Positions 48,648-57,250 of a stretch of 57,622 nt of DNA are shown here, piece after piece. The stretch lies in NCBI GenBank assembly GCA_964610875.1, contig CAZSWP010000026.1, positions 1 through 57,622 of the forward strand, given 5' to 3'. Below the pieces are notes generated by a model, which saw only the letters and a program-made list of their open reading frames with translations, had not been told where the DNA came from and ran no database searches. The DNA comes from an uncultured archaeon. GTDB lineage: Archaea; Asgardarchaeota; Thorarchaeia; Thorarchaeales; Thorarchaeaceae. Every line of letters starts with the position of its first letter. Within the stretch, counting starts at the first letter, position 1. The translations under genes were made by a program, and so were the position numbers.

Positions 48648-50963
48648 TTACAATTCAGAATAATGGGTCTTCACTTCTGATTGGTATTTTCGAGAACTTC
48701 TTTGATGTTTTAGTATTCTTCTCCCCTTGGAATATGGAATGCTATACAATTTGAAAACGAGGGCTTCAATCCTTGATGTATCGTTTGACTCTTCCTTCAT
48801 AAGAGACCGAACCTCTTTTGATATCATATAAGCAAATTCACTGGTTTCATCTTTGGAACTGAAATCTGGAATCGGAAGCTGATCTATTTCTCTATTCGAA
48901 ACATGATTATTGGCATTTGTTACTGAGAATCGCCAATTCAATAAATCTGAGTTGAGAAGCCCTAAGAGATAATTGTAGAACATTGAATCATGATTTTTGA
49001 GAATAATGTAATTGCATGAGTTAGCCAAGACATGATCTGGTTCTATATATGTAAATTTCAATCTCCATCTCTGCATCTGATTAGAAACCTGTTGGCATGC
49101 AATTCGATAGTTCTCATGATGATTTACTCTTATTGAAGATGGTTTCTTCTCTATTAACCTCTCAATGTCCACATATTGTAAACTATTCTTCCCACGCTGT
49201 AAATCCAATCTATATCTTAACAGATTTGCACCTCGGACAAGAGGAATACCCTCATCCCTTTCGGAGATTAACTCACGGTCTAGAGTCAAATCAACCTCTC
49301 CACGGTAATTCGTTATATTTGGATTATTCCTGATTGATTGATGTTTGTGCATTCTATCGAGAATGACCCAATCTTCTTTCCTTACTTTTGGAATTGCCAT
49401 ACTCTGACCAGTTATTGCACAAATTTTCGAAATTGGTATACGCACAGGAGATAGGAGTTTACCGTCATCAATACTATCTAATAGAAAAGATGCATTCAAA
49501 AATCCTGTTTCATTGTTTCTCCTTACAACTCCAATGCAGAGAGATTGAACGACATCAGGGAATAAAGCTGCACTCTCTGAAAACTCAAAGAGGGATTCTA
49601 ATTGATTAGATGTGAGTATCTCCTGTCTCAATTTATGAGCGGAATAGTCAGCAATAATGGTGGAAGGTACAATAAAGGCAATTCGTCCATTTCTTCTTGT
49701 TAATGATAGAGCCCTCTCCATGAATAATCTGTAGGTATTGATGCTGTAGATACCACTAAGAGGATATACTCCACTATTTCGAAAATAATTTACATCTTCT
49801 TCAAGAGTTTTGAGATGTTGCTCATAAACAGAGGATGCCATATCAGGTCTCCTTGCACTCTTCCGATGTCTTCCGAACTCCACTTTATTTGGCTTCAAAC
49901 GTTCATATGGAGGATTGAATGCAATCAAATCAAAACCATGCTTTTCTTTTGAAAATATGATAGGGAACTCTGATTGCCAATCAAATGGCAAGCGGGATGA
50001 AGGATTTTCAAAGTAATCTTCTAAACTAGATTCTGGCAATGATGATGATATCAAAGAATTGCCTTGTTTCAGAGTATTTCCTAAGAGTGAATTTGAAGGG
50101 GAAACCTGTGTCGAATCAGACAGAAGTTGTAAAGAAACATCCGTGAGTTCTAATGCAGCCAAATCCAAATCTACGCCATAACAATTGTTTCTGATTCGTT
50201 TCAATATCACGGAATCAACCACTCCAATTGAAGATTGAAGTTTCATGGCAAAGCGAATTATAGCTTGAAGAAACGCTCCAGGACCACAAGCGGGATCTAG
50301 AAAAGTCATTTGTTGCATTCTATCGAGTAATTCATGTACAGTCATTCTACCTTTGTTAATCAGTTGCATTTCTTCTCCAAATGCTTTCTCGATTATAAAA
50401 TCAGAAACCGGAATAGGAGTGTAATAAGCTCCCAAAGCACGCTTCATATTCATCTGATCAGGCGTGATTGTTCCAGATGCAATACCATGAATTATGGACA
50501 TCATATCAATAACTTTGCTAATGGTCATTGATTCAAAATCAATCCAATTCACTTCACTGTCCAATCTCTTCAATACGTGTTCTGCATATGCTATAACCGT
50601 AGGGCCTTCTATCCCGCTCGTTCTAGCATATAATGATGGATTGAAGAAAAGGGGATTTGTATCTGAAACTAAATCCATAGTATCTGTACCTGTTATTTGA
50701 CCAAGACAATAGTAAAGTGATGACAGCCGACTTACTTCTGCTCTAAGAGTCTTGTTGTGACCTGATTCTTCAATTATGGACTTACTACCTTTGTAGAAGG
50801 TTTCGAAAAGAAGATGGCTCAACTTTCGAACTCGAGTCACAACACTACAGCTCCAATTTCTTATTTCACTTGTGCACAAAAAGAGTTTCTCCTTGGTCTC
50901 TTCAACATATATTCGATGGCATCGAAGGGGAGGTTTGTTAACAGCTGCCAAAAACCTAGACAC
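48648..50963 (-). CDS. N6-adenine DNA methyltransferase, Alw26I/Eco31I/Esp3I-like (gamma class)
   Basis: GAYYTP, LDPACGPGAF, YGVDLD, NPPYERLKP, FIVPS, RGEVDLT and RIACQQVSN...LANSCNY. Start codon uncertain; it may be GTG near 50840. Confidence 0.85.
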   Translation of the reverse strand: MSRFLAAVNKPPLRCHRIYVEETKEKLFLCTSEIRNWSCSVVTRVRKLSHLLFETFYKGSKSIIEESGHNKTLRAEVSRLSSLYYCLGQITGTDTMDLVSDTNPLFFNPSLYARTSGIEGPTVIAYAEHVLKRLDSEVNWIDFESMTISKVIDMMSIIHGIASGTITPDQMNMKRALGAYYTPIPVSDFIIEKAFGEEMQLINKGRMTVHELLDRMQQMTFLDPACGPGAFLQAIIRFAMKLQSSIGVVDSVILKRIRNNCYGVDLDLAALELTDVSLQLLSDSTQVSPSNSLLGNTLKQGNSLISSSLPESSLEDYFENPSSRLPFDWQSEFPIIFSKEKHGFDLIAFNPPYERLKPNKVEFGRHRKSARRPDMASSVYEQHLKTLEEDVNYFRNSGVYPLSGIYSINTYRLFMERALSLTRRNGRIAFIVPSTIIADYSAHKLRQEILTSNQLESLFEFSESAALFPDVVQSLCIGVVRRNNETGFLNASFLLDSIDDGKLLSPVRIPISKICAITGQSMAIPKVRKEDWVILDRMHKHQSIRNNPNITNYRGEVDLTLDRELISERDEGIPLVRGANLLRYRLDLQRGKNSLQYVDIERLIEKKPSSIRVNHHENYRIACQQVSNQMQRWRLKFTYIEPDHVLANSCNYIILKNHDSMFYNYLLGLLNSDLLNWRFSVTNANNHVSNREIDQLPIPDFSSKDETSEFAYMISKEVRSLMKEESNDTSRIEALVFKLYSIPYSKGRRILKHQRSSRKYQSEVKTHYSEL

Positions 50964-51011
50964 ACCTGGACATTCTTGGTGGGAGCTTGTATACTTCAGA
51001 ACGGCATAAAT

Positions 51012-51117
51012 TCATAGGTCATCTGACGCCTGTGTGCTGACCCCACGGAGTAACGTTCCAGTACCGTCCCTGGACAGACAAAGCTCCGGTGTCGAGATCT
51101 GTCCAGCTTACAATGAA
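51012..51117. ncRNA. GC-rich multi-hairpin element (candidate ncRNA/cis-element)
   Basis: GGTCA/TGACC (51017-42), ACGG/CCGT (51045-67) and CTGGACAGA/TCTGTCCAG (51070-106), closed by TTCAT/ATGAA; 53 of 90 bases G+C in an AT-rich background. Confidence 0.3.
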
Positions 51118-51526
51118 CGGTATACACATTTTTGAATCACTATCTGACAATTGGACAATGATTGGGAGGATTCCCGGAGACTTAGATGAGATTACAATCA
51201 GGTGCAGAACAGAGAACATGCAGAATATTGAAGCTAGAAAAGTGTTTGCGACAGCATTGATTTGTAGTGTCACAGTTGCAAAAGGGCTTGCTGTTCAAGA
51301 CAATGATTGGATGGGATTCTTCAATATTGTCACTGTTAATAGTCATAGAAGAAGAGGATTAGCAAGATCTGTTAGCAAAGCTCTAGCTGAATGGGGAAAG
51401 AAATCTGGTGTAAGAAGAATCTATCTTCAAGTGGAATCGGACAATACTCCTGCAATTGAGTTTTACTAATCCTTAGGATTTCGACTAGTTTACAAATATT
51501 GGTATCTTGCACTCTTTGAAGAATAA
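51089..51526 (+). pseudogene. GNAT acetyltransferase remnant
   Basis: Motif A HRRRGLAR and motif B YLQVESDNTPAIEFY, broken by TAA 51467-69, then in-frame SLGFRLVYKYWY to TAA 51524-26; N-terminus appears eroded. Confidence 0.75.
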
Positions 51527-51534
51527 GTTTCCTA

Positions 51535-52350
51535 TCATTCTCTAGGTTCATGCCAATAGTAAGCATCCCATTGGTCGACACCAGAGAACCCAAGTTTCTT
51601 TGCTAGACCAACTGATGCTTCATTCGCTGCATCCCAGTGGGCAATCATGCCATTGTTCAAACCATATTCAATTAGAGCCGCAGAAACAGCTGTGGCGAGT
51701 CCTTTGCGACGATATTTCTCGTCATTAAGGGTGTCCACTTGAATCTCAAATTCATCAATGAATGGAAACGCGGTTGAGGCCATACTTACAATCTTTTCAT
51801 CGTCTTTGATGCAAAAAGCAAATCCATTCTCTATGAGATTCTCAAATGAATCCCAAAAGGGAATCAACCCTCTAGTCATTTTCTTGTCTGCTGATTTCAT
51901 ATCCTCAATTGTAGCTTTATTGAGAACATAATCTTCAGGTAGTTTTCCCATCAATTTCTGTAGTTTCTCTCGATTGCTAGCATCTGCAATAAAGCGTGTT
52001 CTGTGTTGAACTTTCAGTTTATCTCCATATTCACTTCTCAATAAATCGACCCAGTCATCATCAGTTACAACTATCATACGTAATTCCGGAATATTCCGGA
52101 CCAATTCTACTGCTTTTTCATGCGACGTGTTTCCACTTATGAAGCAGATCAATGCAACACAATATAATAGTAGAGAGGGATGTTCAAGTGAGTCGACTAA
52201 TGCAGAACCATTACCAAGTTTAATTGCAGGATAGAATATAGCTCTCCCTCTTGTATGTTGTTGCAAGAGAAACTCAATTGGAGAAGTATCTTTCCTATCC
52301 CACTTGATAAGCATATCATGACCTCTGATGGATACTTGGATCAAGACCAC
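51535..52350 (-). CDS. GNAT family N-acetyltransferase
   Basis: EIQVDT...YRRKGLATAV...HWDAANEASVGLAKKLGF. True start possibly ATG 52314. Confidence 0.9.
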   Translation of the reverse strand: MVLIQVSIRGHDMLIKWDRKDTSPIEFLLQQHTRGRAIFYPAIKLGNGSALVDSLEHPSLLLYCVALICFISGNTSHEKAVELVRNIPELRMIVVTDDDWVDLLRSEYGDKLKVQHRTRFIADASNREKLQKLMGKLPEDYVLNKATIEDMKSADKKMTRGLIPFWDSFENLIENGFAFCIKDDEKIVSMASTAFPFIDEFEIQVDTLNDEKYRRKGLATAVSAALIEYGLNNGMIAHWDAANEASVGLAKKLGFSGVDQWDAYYWHEPRE

Positions 52351-52423
52351 ATGTATCTATTTTACTGTTAAAGTAATCTAATTGCTCTAGAAAGAATCAA
52401 TAGGCACCCAGAGTAAACAGAAG

Positions 52424-52781
52424 ATGATGCAGACCCGAAGGCGTCTATGGTGGCTCCTCGCAGAATCGAGAGGAGGCATTAATCGTGCAAGGATTTTGTC
52501 ATCCTTGATTGAGAGGCCATATAATGCAAATCAGCTTTCAGAATTATTAAATCTGGATTATAAGACAATTAGACATCATCTTGACATGCTTGATATTCTT
52601 CACAGGTGCTCCAAAGAAAGGCGAAACAGCAAGAATATGTGTTTTCTTTCTACCATTCCTGATTTGGCCAATTGTTAACAATTTGCAGTCAGATGGATAT
52701 GAAAGAATCGAGTACTACAAACTCCGGATAGTGATCTTTACCCAAACCGTAATCTTCCAGCTGATTGGTTATTGGATTTAG
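52424..52781 (+). pseudogene. truncated archaeal ArsR-like wHTH regulator joined to the C-terminal fragment of a membrane protein
   Basis: LWWLLAESRGGINRARIL...PYNANQLS..L.LDYKTIRHHLDML loses homology before the wing. Another frame then reads LIFFTGAPKKGETARICVFFLPFLIWP...FQLIGYWI* with no clear own 5' end. Confidence 0.6.
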
Positions 52782-52886
52782 TAATAGTGATACGGAAGAC
52801 AAGTTAGAACCGTATCTTTCCCTCTTTATCTTTGATTTTTCAACGAGCTTCTCTAATTATTGTCAATTTTGTCCGGAATAAATTAC

Positions 52887-52941
52887 TTTAATATATATGA
52901 TAGTAAAAATAAAGACTTATTTGGTAATTTTTACTATTATA
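52887..52941 (+). promoter_or_regulatory. TATA box and inverted-repeat operator candidate upstream of the GTPase operon
   Basis: TTTAATAT at 52887; ATAGTAAAAAT (52900-10)-N16-ATTTTTACTAT (52927-37) perfect 11-bp inverted repeat. Confidence 0.5.
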
Positions 52942-52953
52942 CCATAGACTGAA

Positions 52954-53613
52954 GTGATTATTATGAGCCTTTCCGAGTTGAAGGAACTGGATGAACCCGA
53001 GAAACGCATCCACTCCAATGATTCATCCAGTGAAAGAAGTAGAATTGGTAAGCTCCTCTTTGCAGGTTCAGGTGCTGTTGGCAAGACAAGCCTCATGACT
53101 GTTTTTAAAGCCAACAAATCCCTGAGCGATATTCTAACAGCTGATTCCAAATATCATCGAACTTTGTTTTACGATATTGACGTCTTAACCCCATCAGGCT
53201 TGAAGAATTGCCCTTTCCCCAGTTCTCTGCAAATGGTCGATATCGCAGGTCAGCTAGATTTACCAATTCATGCATTGAGAGACATGCCTAGAACCACCCT
53301 CGGCAGCGTGGACCTCGTGCTTTTCGTTTTTGCTTGTGATAACCTTCAGTCACTTTTTGAGTTGGTGCAATGGTTAGAGATGATTGATGAGTACTATTCA
53401 GCTAATAACCTGGAATACCCAAATTATGCACTTGTCTGTAATAAGACGGACCTTGAAGCAGCAATGGATGACCAATTAATCGACGAAGTACTCAATTCGA
53501 ATCCTCGTTTCAAGGCCTGTTTTAAAGTAAGCTGTATGACAGGAGAGGGTTTGGAAGAATTGAGAGGCTGGATTGAACGTAATGTATTCCTTGTAGGAGA
53601 GAATGAAGAATGA
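52954..53613 (+). CDS. Ras-superfamily small GTPase
   Basis: G1 GSGAVGKT, G2 YHRT, G3 DIAGQ, G4 NKTD, G5 VSC..GEG. True start may be ATG 52963. Confidence 0.9.
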   Translation: MIIMSLSELKELDEPEKRIHSNDSSSERSRIGKLLFAGSGAVGKTSLMTVFKANKSLSDILTADSKYHRTLFYDIDVLTPSGLKNCPFPSSLQMVDIAGQLDLPIHALRDMPRTTLGSVDLVLFVFACDNLQSLFELVQWLEMIDEYYSANNLEYPNYALVCNKTDLEAAMDDQLIDEVLNSNPRFKACFKVSCMTGEGLEELRGWIERNVFLVGENEE

Positions 53614-54539
53614 GCCAACTAAAACAACTCACTGAATTCAGATGTGCCATCTGTGATGAAGTAATACAATTCGATCCGAACGATTCGAAGACCTATGAAG
53701 CAAAGACTGCTGAAGACACCTTCTTTGGTATGAAACTGACCACATTTCGTGTTTCGCATGAGATTGGAAATAATAGACATGTGAATACGATTATCGTCGA
53801 CCATAGGGGCTTATTTCGAGGAAAGAAAGATGCGTTCGTTGAAGAGATTAGATTAGCACCAGACTCAGAGATACCAATATGGGTGGTGGGTGATGAGGAA
53901 AAGGTCCTGAAGACTCATCCATATTTCAGTGTCATGTTGATGCTAGATTATAATGAGAAGTGGCTCATGGTCATCCTCAATGAATCCACTTTTAGAATGA
54001 TAGAACTCGCACACTTGATCAATGAGAAAGTAATCGAAGCACTGAAGGTGTACAAAGAGGTCCCTGAAATTCTTACAATCACTGTTGCAGATCAAGATTT
54101 CAGGATTTGGCTGGAAGGATCCAGAATAGTAGGAGTCGTCTTGAAAAGCCCGAAAGCGTTCGATGCAATTAATATCGCAACAAAATGTATCCTTCAAAAT
54201 ACACACAATGATGCAATCCCAAACAAGAAACTGATGAAGTTAGTACTGCAGGCCCTTGCTGTAAATCCAAAACTCGAAGAGAGATACGTCCTGAAACTCT
54301 TACTGGACCACAATCTATTCTCCAATATTGACTTTCCATACAAAGCTAGAATATCCAGTATCACTCAACGATTGGAAACCCGTTTTGACATAGCATCAGA
54401 ATTTCTAACACCTCTACTAAGAGGACAAAATTCTGTCATTGAATTACTTGAAGTCGGCTACATAGAGCAAGTACAGACTGTGTTTGATATGCTGGATTAC
54501 GTTGAGAGAAGAGGAATTCTTGGCCTTGAGGAGGTTTAG
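53610..54539 (+). CDS. hypothetical protein: CxxC...H-x6-H Zn-binding domain + roadblock/longin-like domain + helical C-terminus
   Basis: FRCAICDE...VSHEIGNNRHVNTIIVDHRG; central beta-beta-alpha-beta-beta-beta-alpha pattern; ATGA overlap with the GTPase stop. Confidence 0.7.
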   Translation: MSQLKQLTEFRCAICDEVIQFDPNDSKTYEAKTAEDTFFGMKLTTFRVSHEIGNNRHVNTIIVDHRGLFRGKKDAFVEEIRLAPDSEIPIWVVGDEEKVLKTHPYFSVMLMLDYNEKWLMVILNESTFRMIELAHLINEKVIEALKVYKEVPEILTITVADQDFRIWLEGSRIVGVVLKSPKAFDAINIATKCILQNTHNDAIPNKKLMKLVLQALAVNPKLEERYVLKLLLDHNLFSNIDFPYKARISSITQRLETRFDIASEFLTPLLRGQNSVIELLEVGYIEQVQTVFDMLDYVERRGILGLEEV

Positions 54540-54543
54540 TACA

Positions 54544-55584
54544 TTGATACGAAAGGCTAAAGCTTGGAAAGAACTGTTGAAACTCGGATTGAACGTCCGG
54601 AAACTCAGGGATGAAATTGATCTGTTCTTTCGCGGCAACATCTTAGGTGTACTTCGTAATGAAGGATGGTTTGAATATTTAATCACGCCAAGAACAGCAA
54701 TGGAGATTGCGTCATATTTCAACTACACAGACATTGCCTTTCTTGAATACTTGCTTGACATTCTTGTTGAAGATGACGTACTCGATCTAGACGGCGGATA
54801 CTATGAGCTTGAAGAAAAGGAGTTCAGTTTTGAGTGGGCGTGTCCATCTTGCTTCGATACAGCTATGAGTGAATTGTGGGTTGATCATGCTCGTGCAATT
54901 CCAGATAGACTTCGCGGAAAATACCTGACATTTTCAGGAGGTCTGAACCTATTCAATTGGGATGATGCACTATCCAACAAGTTATATGAACAAATTCGAC
55001 GCGCAGCATTTTCATTTTCAAATGCACTGGAACACCCCATCAAATTTCTGGATGTGGGTTCAGGTAATGGCAGAGGGACAGCTGCTATCTGGTCATATTA
55101 TTTTGACCTAGGTCATTTCTATGAAGGGTCATCAATGCAAATATTTGGCATCGATCCAGATGATAAACTACTGACCATAGCTAATGCAGAATTTCCACAA
55201 ATGGTGTCCGAGTACAATGGACATCTGCTCGGAATAGAAGAAGAAGTAAGAAAGTATCATCCTGAATTCAAGTGGGGTTTTGCTGAGAATATTCCATTTG
55301 ATGACGAAACATTCGATGTTGCCTTCTTGTCACAGGTACTCCACTGGACCAGTCCAAAAGATGCCATTAGAGAGCTGCTCAGAGTCATTAAGCCAGGAGG
55401 ATATATTTTTGGGACTCAAAACTTCCATCCTGACGCTAACAAATACAATGAAGCTCATTTCAAGGTGGTTGATGGAGCAAATGGATTCTTCTACAAAAAT
55501 GAATTAGAAGAATGGGCAAAGGAAGAAGGAGCAACAAAAATAGAGTTTGCCACACCAATAGCGGTATTCAAAATTGTGAAGTAG
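54544..55584 (+). CDS. class I SAM-dependent methyltransferase with N-terminal winged-helix/dimerisation region
   Basis: LDVGSGNG, GIDPD, AENIPFDDETFD, QVLHW and RVIKPGG; N-terminal PRTAMEIA...YLLDILVEDDVL; TTG 54544 after GAGGAGG (ORF track start 54484). Confidence 0.88.
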   Translation: MIRKAKAWKELLKLGLNVRKLRDEIDLFFRGNILGVLRNEGWFEYLITPRTAMEIASYFNYTDIAFLEYLLDILVEDDVLDLDGGYYELEEKEFSFEWACPSCFDTAMSELWVDHARAIPDRLRGKYLTFSGGLNLFNWDDALSNKLYEQIRRAAFSFSNALEHPIKFLDVGSGNGRGTAAIWSYYFDLGHFYEGSSMQIFGIDPDDKLLTIANAEFPQMVSEYNGHLLGIEEEVRKYHPEFKWGFAENIPFDDETFDVAFLSQVLHWTSPKDAIRELLRVIKPGGYIFGTQNFHPDANKYNEAHFKVVDGANGFFYKNELEEWAKEEGATKIEFATPIAVFKIVK

Positions 55585-55589
55585 AATCC

Positions 55590-56717
55590 CTATTTCTTGA
55601 TGACATCATGCAGAAGGAAGGATATGTCTTTTCGCCACGAATGAGAATCTTCATCGAAGGTTTTGGGCCAAATGTAGTATAGTAGAGAATTTCGATAATC
55701 AAGATAGCACATATCGATGAATTCAATGAGTGCTATTGCCTCATTCAAGAACGGATTTGTAAGAGATTGTGGAATACGAAGATACCAGAATATTTTGTCT
55801 TCATGAACTCTAAGTGTTGATTCAAATGGGGGTGGGTTCTTTTCAAATTTCTTTTTCAAGGCACCTAGTATCTTTGGATCAGAGGTGCCGTAAATCAATA
55901 CACCAGCCAAGGTTTCAAAGAAGATCGGGTGAAATGTTACTCTATATCCTCTGATGCATCGATCATTTATTATTTTCAAATGACGACCAAATGTTTGGGG
56001 AGTAAATGCGACATCATGTTCTTCCAAGGCGGAAATAATCTCCGTATTTTTTCGACGAGCGCTTCTCATCAGTTCAGAAATAATGAATACATCATCCTTG
56101 GTCAGCCATTCGAGGGATGTAGTTGGTTCTCTTTCTTCAACTCTTTTAATTTTTGATGACTTTCCTAGCTTAAACCACTCGGACCAATCAAAATTCCAAG
56201 TACGCTGATCAGCATCCCAACCATCTATTTTCATAGAGGAATAAATTGGAATTGATTTAGAAGTCGGCAGTATTTTGTATCTCGCGATTGAATCAGTTTC
56301 AGTTAACTTTTCAAAAAGTTCTTTGATTAGAGGACTCGAATTCAATGGTACCGCAAATTGGAGTAACAACCCATTAACAGAACCAAAACATCTACTCCGA
56401 TAAATGGTGTAAGGATGAGATTTAGCAATCTCCTCCAGTTGTTCAATCATGTCAGCATGTTTAACATCAATCAAAGCATCAACCTGCTCAAGCCCTAATT
56501 CTCTAAAGTTTAGAAGGGGTTTCACTACGAAATACTGCTCACCACTAGGGAGGTCAGAGTCCTCATATACGTCATCAGAACCATTGAGTGCCTGTAATCT
56601 ACGAAGTACCGTGGGTTTCGATATTTTTGCAGCTTCTGCAAGTTCATCTGCTGTACCAAACGGATTGTTTTGTAAAGCTGTGAGAAGTGATAAATATCTC
56701 TCTGTTAGTTTCTCCAC
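55590..56717 (-). CDS. Lrp/AsnC-like transcriptional regulator with duplicated wHTH-effector modules
   Basis: HTH1 LLTALQNNP...ELAEAAKISKPTVLRRLQAL + LGL.. effector domain; HTH2 DVFIISELMRSARRKNTEI...QTFGRHL; AGGAG RBS. Confidence 0.8.
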   Translation of the reverse strand: MEKLTERYLSLLTALQNNPFGTADELAEAAKISKPTVLRRLQALNGSDDVYEDSDLPSGEQYFVVKPLLNFRELGLEQVDALIDVKHADMIEQLEEIAKSHPYTIYRSRCFGSVNGLLLQFAVPLNSSPLIKELFEKLTETDSIARYKILPTSKSIPIYSSMKIDGWDADQRTWNFDWSEWFKLGKSSKIKRVEEREPTTSLEWLTKDDVFIISELMRSARRKNTEIISALEEHDVAFTPQTFGRHLKIINDRCIRGYRVTFHPIFFETLAGVLIYGTSDPKILGALKKKFEKNPPPFESTLRVHEDKIFWYLRIPQSLTNPFLNEAIALIEFIDMCYLDYRNSLLYYIWPKTFDEDSHSWRKDISFLLHDVIKK

Positions 56718-56767
56718 GGATTCCTATACTCCTTGGTATTTTTCTTTCTAAATCATGCTGCTTAATA

Positions 56768-57250
56768 TCAACCAGCAATAGCTATTCCATCCATCAGTGG
56801 AGGACCAGGGTCACCACCTTCTGGAGGATCAAAGACACGACTTGTTGTTAGGTGTAAAACGCCACCATCATAATGTATCAAAATATCTACATCTATTTCG
56901 TACCATCCGGATTCAAGAGCTGTGTTATACCAGAATACAAAGAGAATCATGTAGGTGAAGTCGCCAGTATAATCAAGGTCATAGATGAATGTCTGACCAG
57001 ATGGCAGAGTCAACGTTGATGTTATGTTCGCAAACACCACTTGATAGTCATAAGGTACATGGATGTATGTGATTGTAAGGATGTCGTCACTATTTCCGTC
57101 ATTATCTAAATCAAGGTAATGTGCAAAGATTACCCTAGCATCAGTAGAGTCTGAAGTTGAACTTATGTTATAAGCAGAAGTGGGTTGAATGGGCAGTGTA
57201 AATATAAGACAAGTTAGTATTAAGGTGAGTAGATGTATTCTTTTTGCCAC
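56768..57250 (-). CDS. secreted hypothetical protein with DxDxDG Ca-binding motif
   Basis: Signal peptide ending PTSA; DLDNDGNSDD; beta-rich; FDPPEGGDPGPP tail; GGGAGG RBS. Confidence 0.75.
   Translation of the reverse strand: MAKRIHLLTLILTCLIFTLPIQPTSAYNISSTSDSTDARVIFAHYLDLDNDGNSDDILTITYIHVPYDYQVVFANITSTLTLPSGQTFIYDLDYTGDFTYMILFVFWYNTALESGWYEIDVDILIHYDGGVLHLTTSRVFDPPEGGDPGPPLMDGIAIAG

Noticed and set aside
51467-51469. Stop codon inside the GNAT motif B as possible recoding
   Set aside because: It is TAA, which has no known archaeal recoding, and the 5' part is also eroded; a pseudogene or sequencing error is more likely.
47340-52800. MTase region as an integrated mobile element
   Set aside because: No integrase, transposase, flanking tRNA or att direct repeats found by eye; reported only as a plastic region.
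1044-56751. Numerous 60-180 aa ORFs antisense to or overlapping the called genes (e.g. 8545..8940, 23918..24292, 27760..28302, 43954..44301)
   Set aside because: Shadow ORFs lying within or largely overlapping well-supported genes, with no motifs or translation signals.
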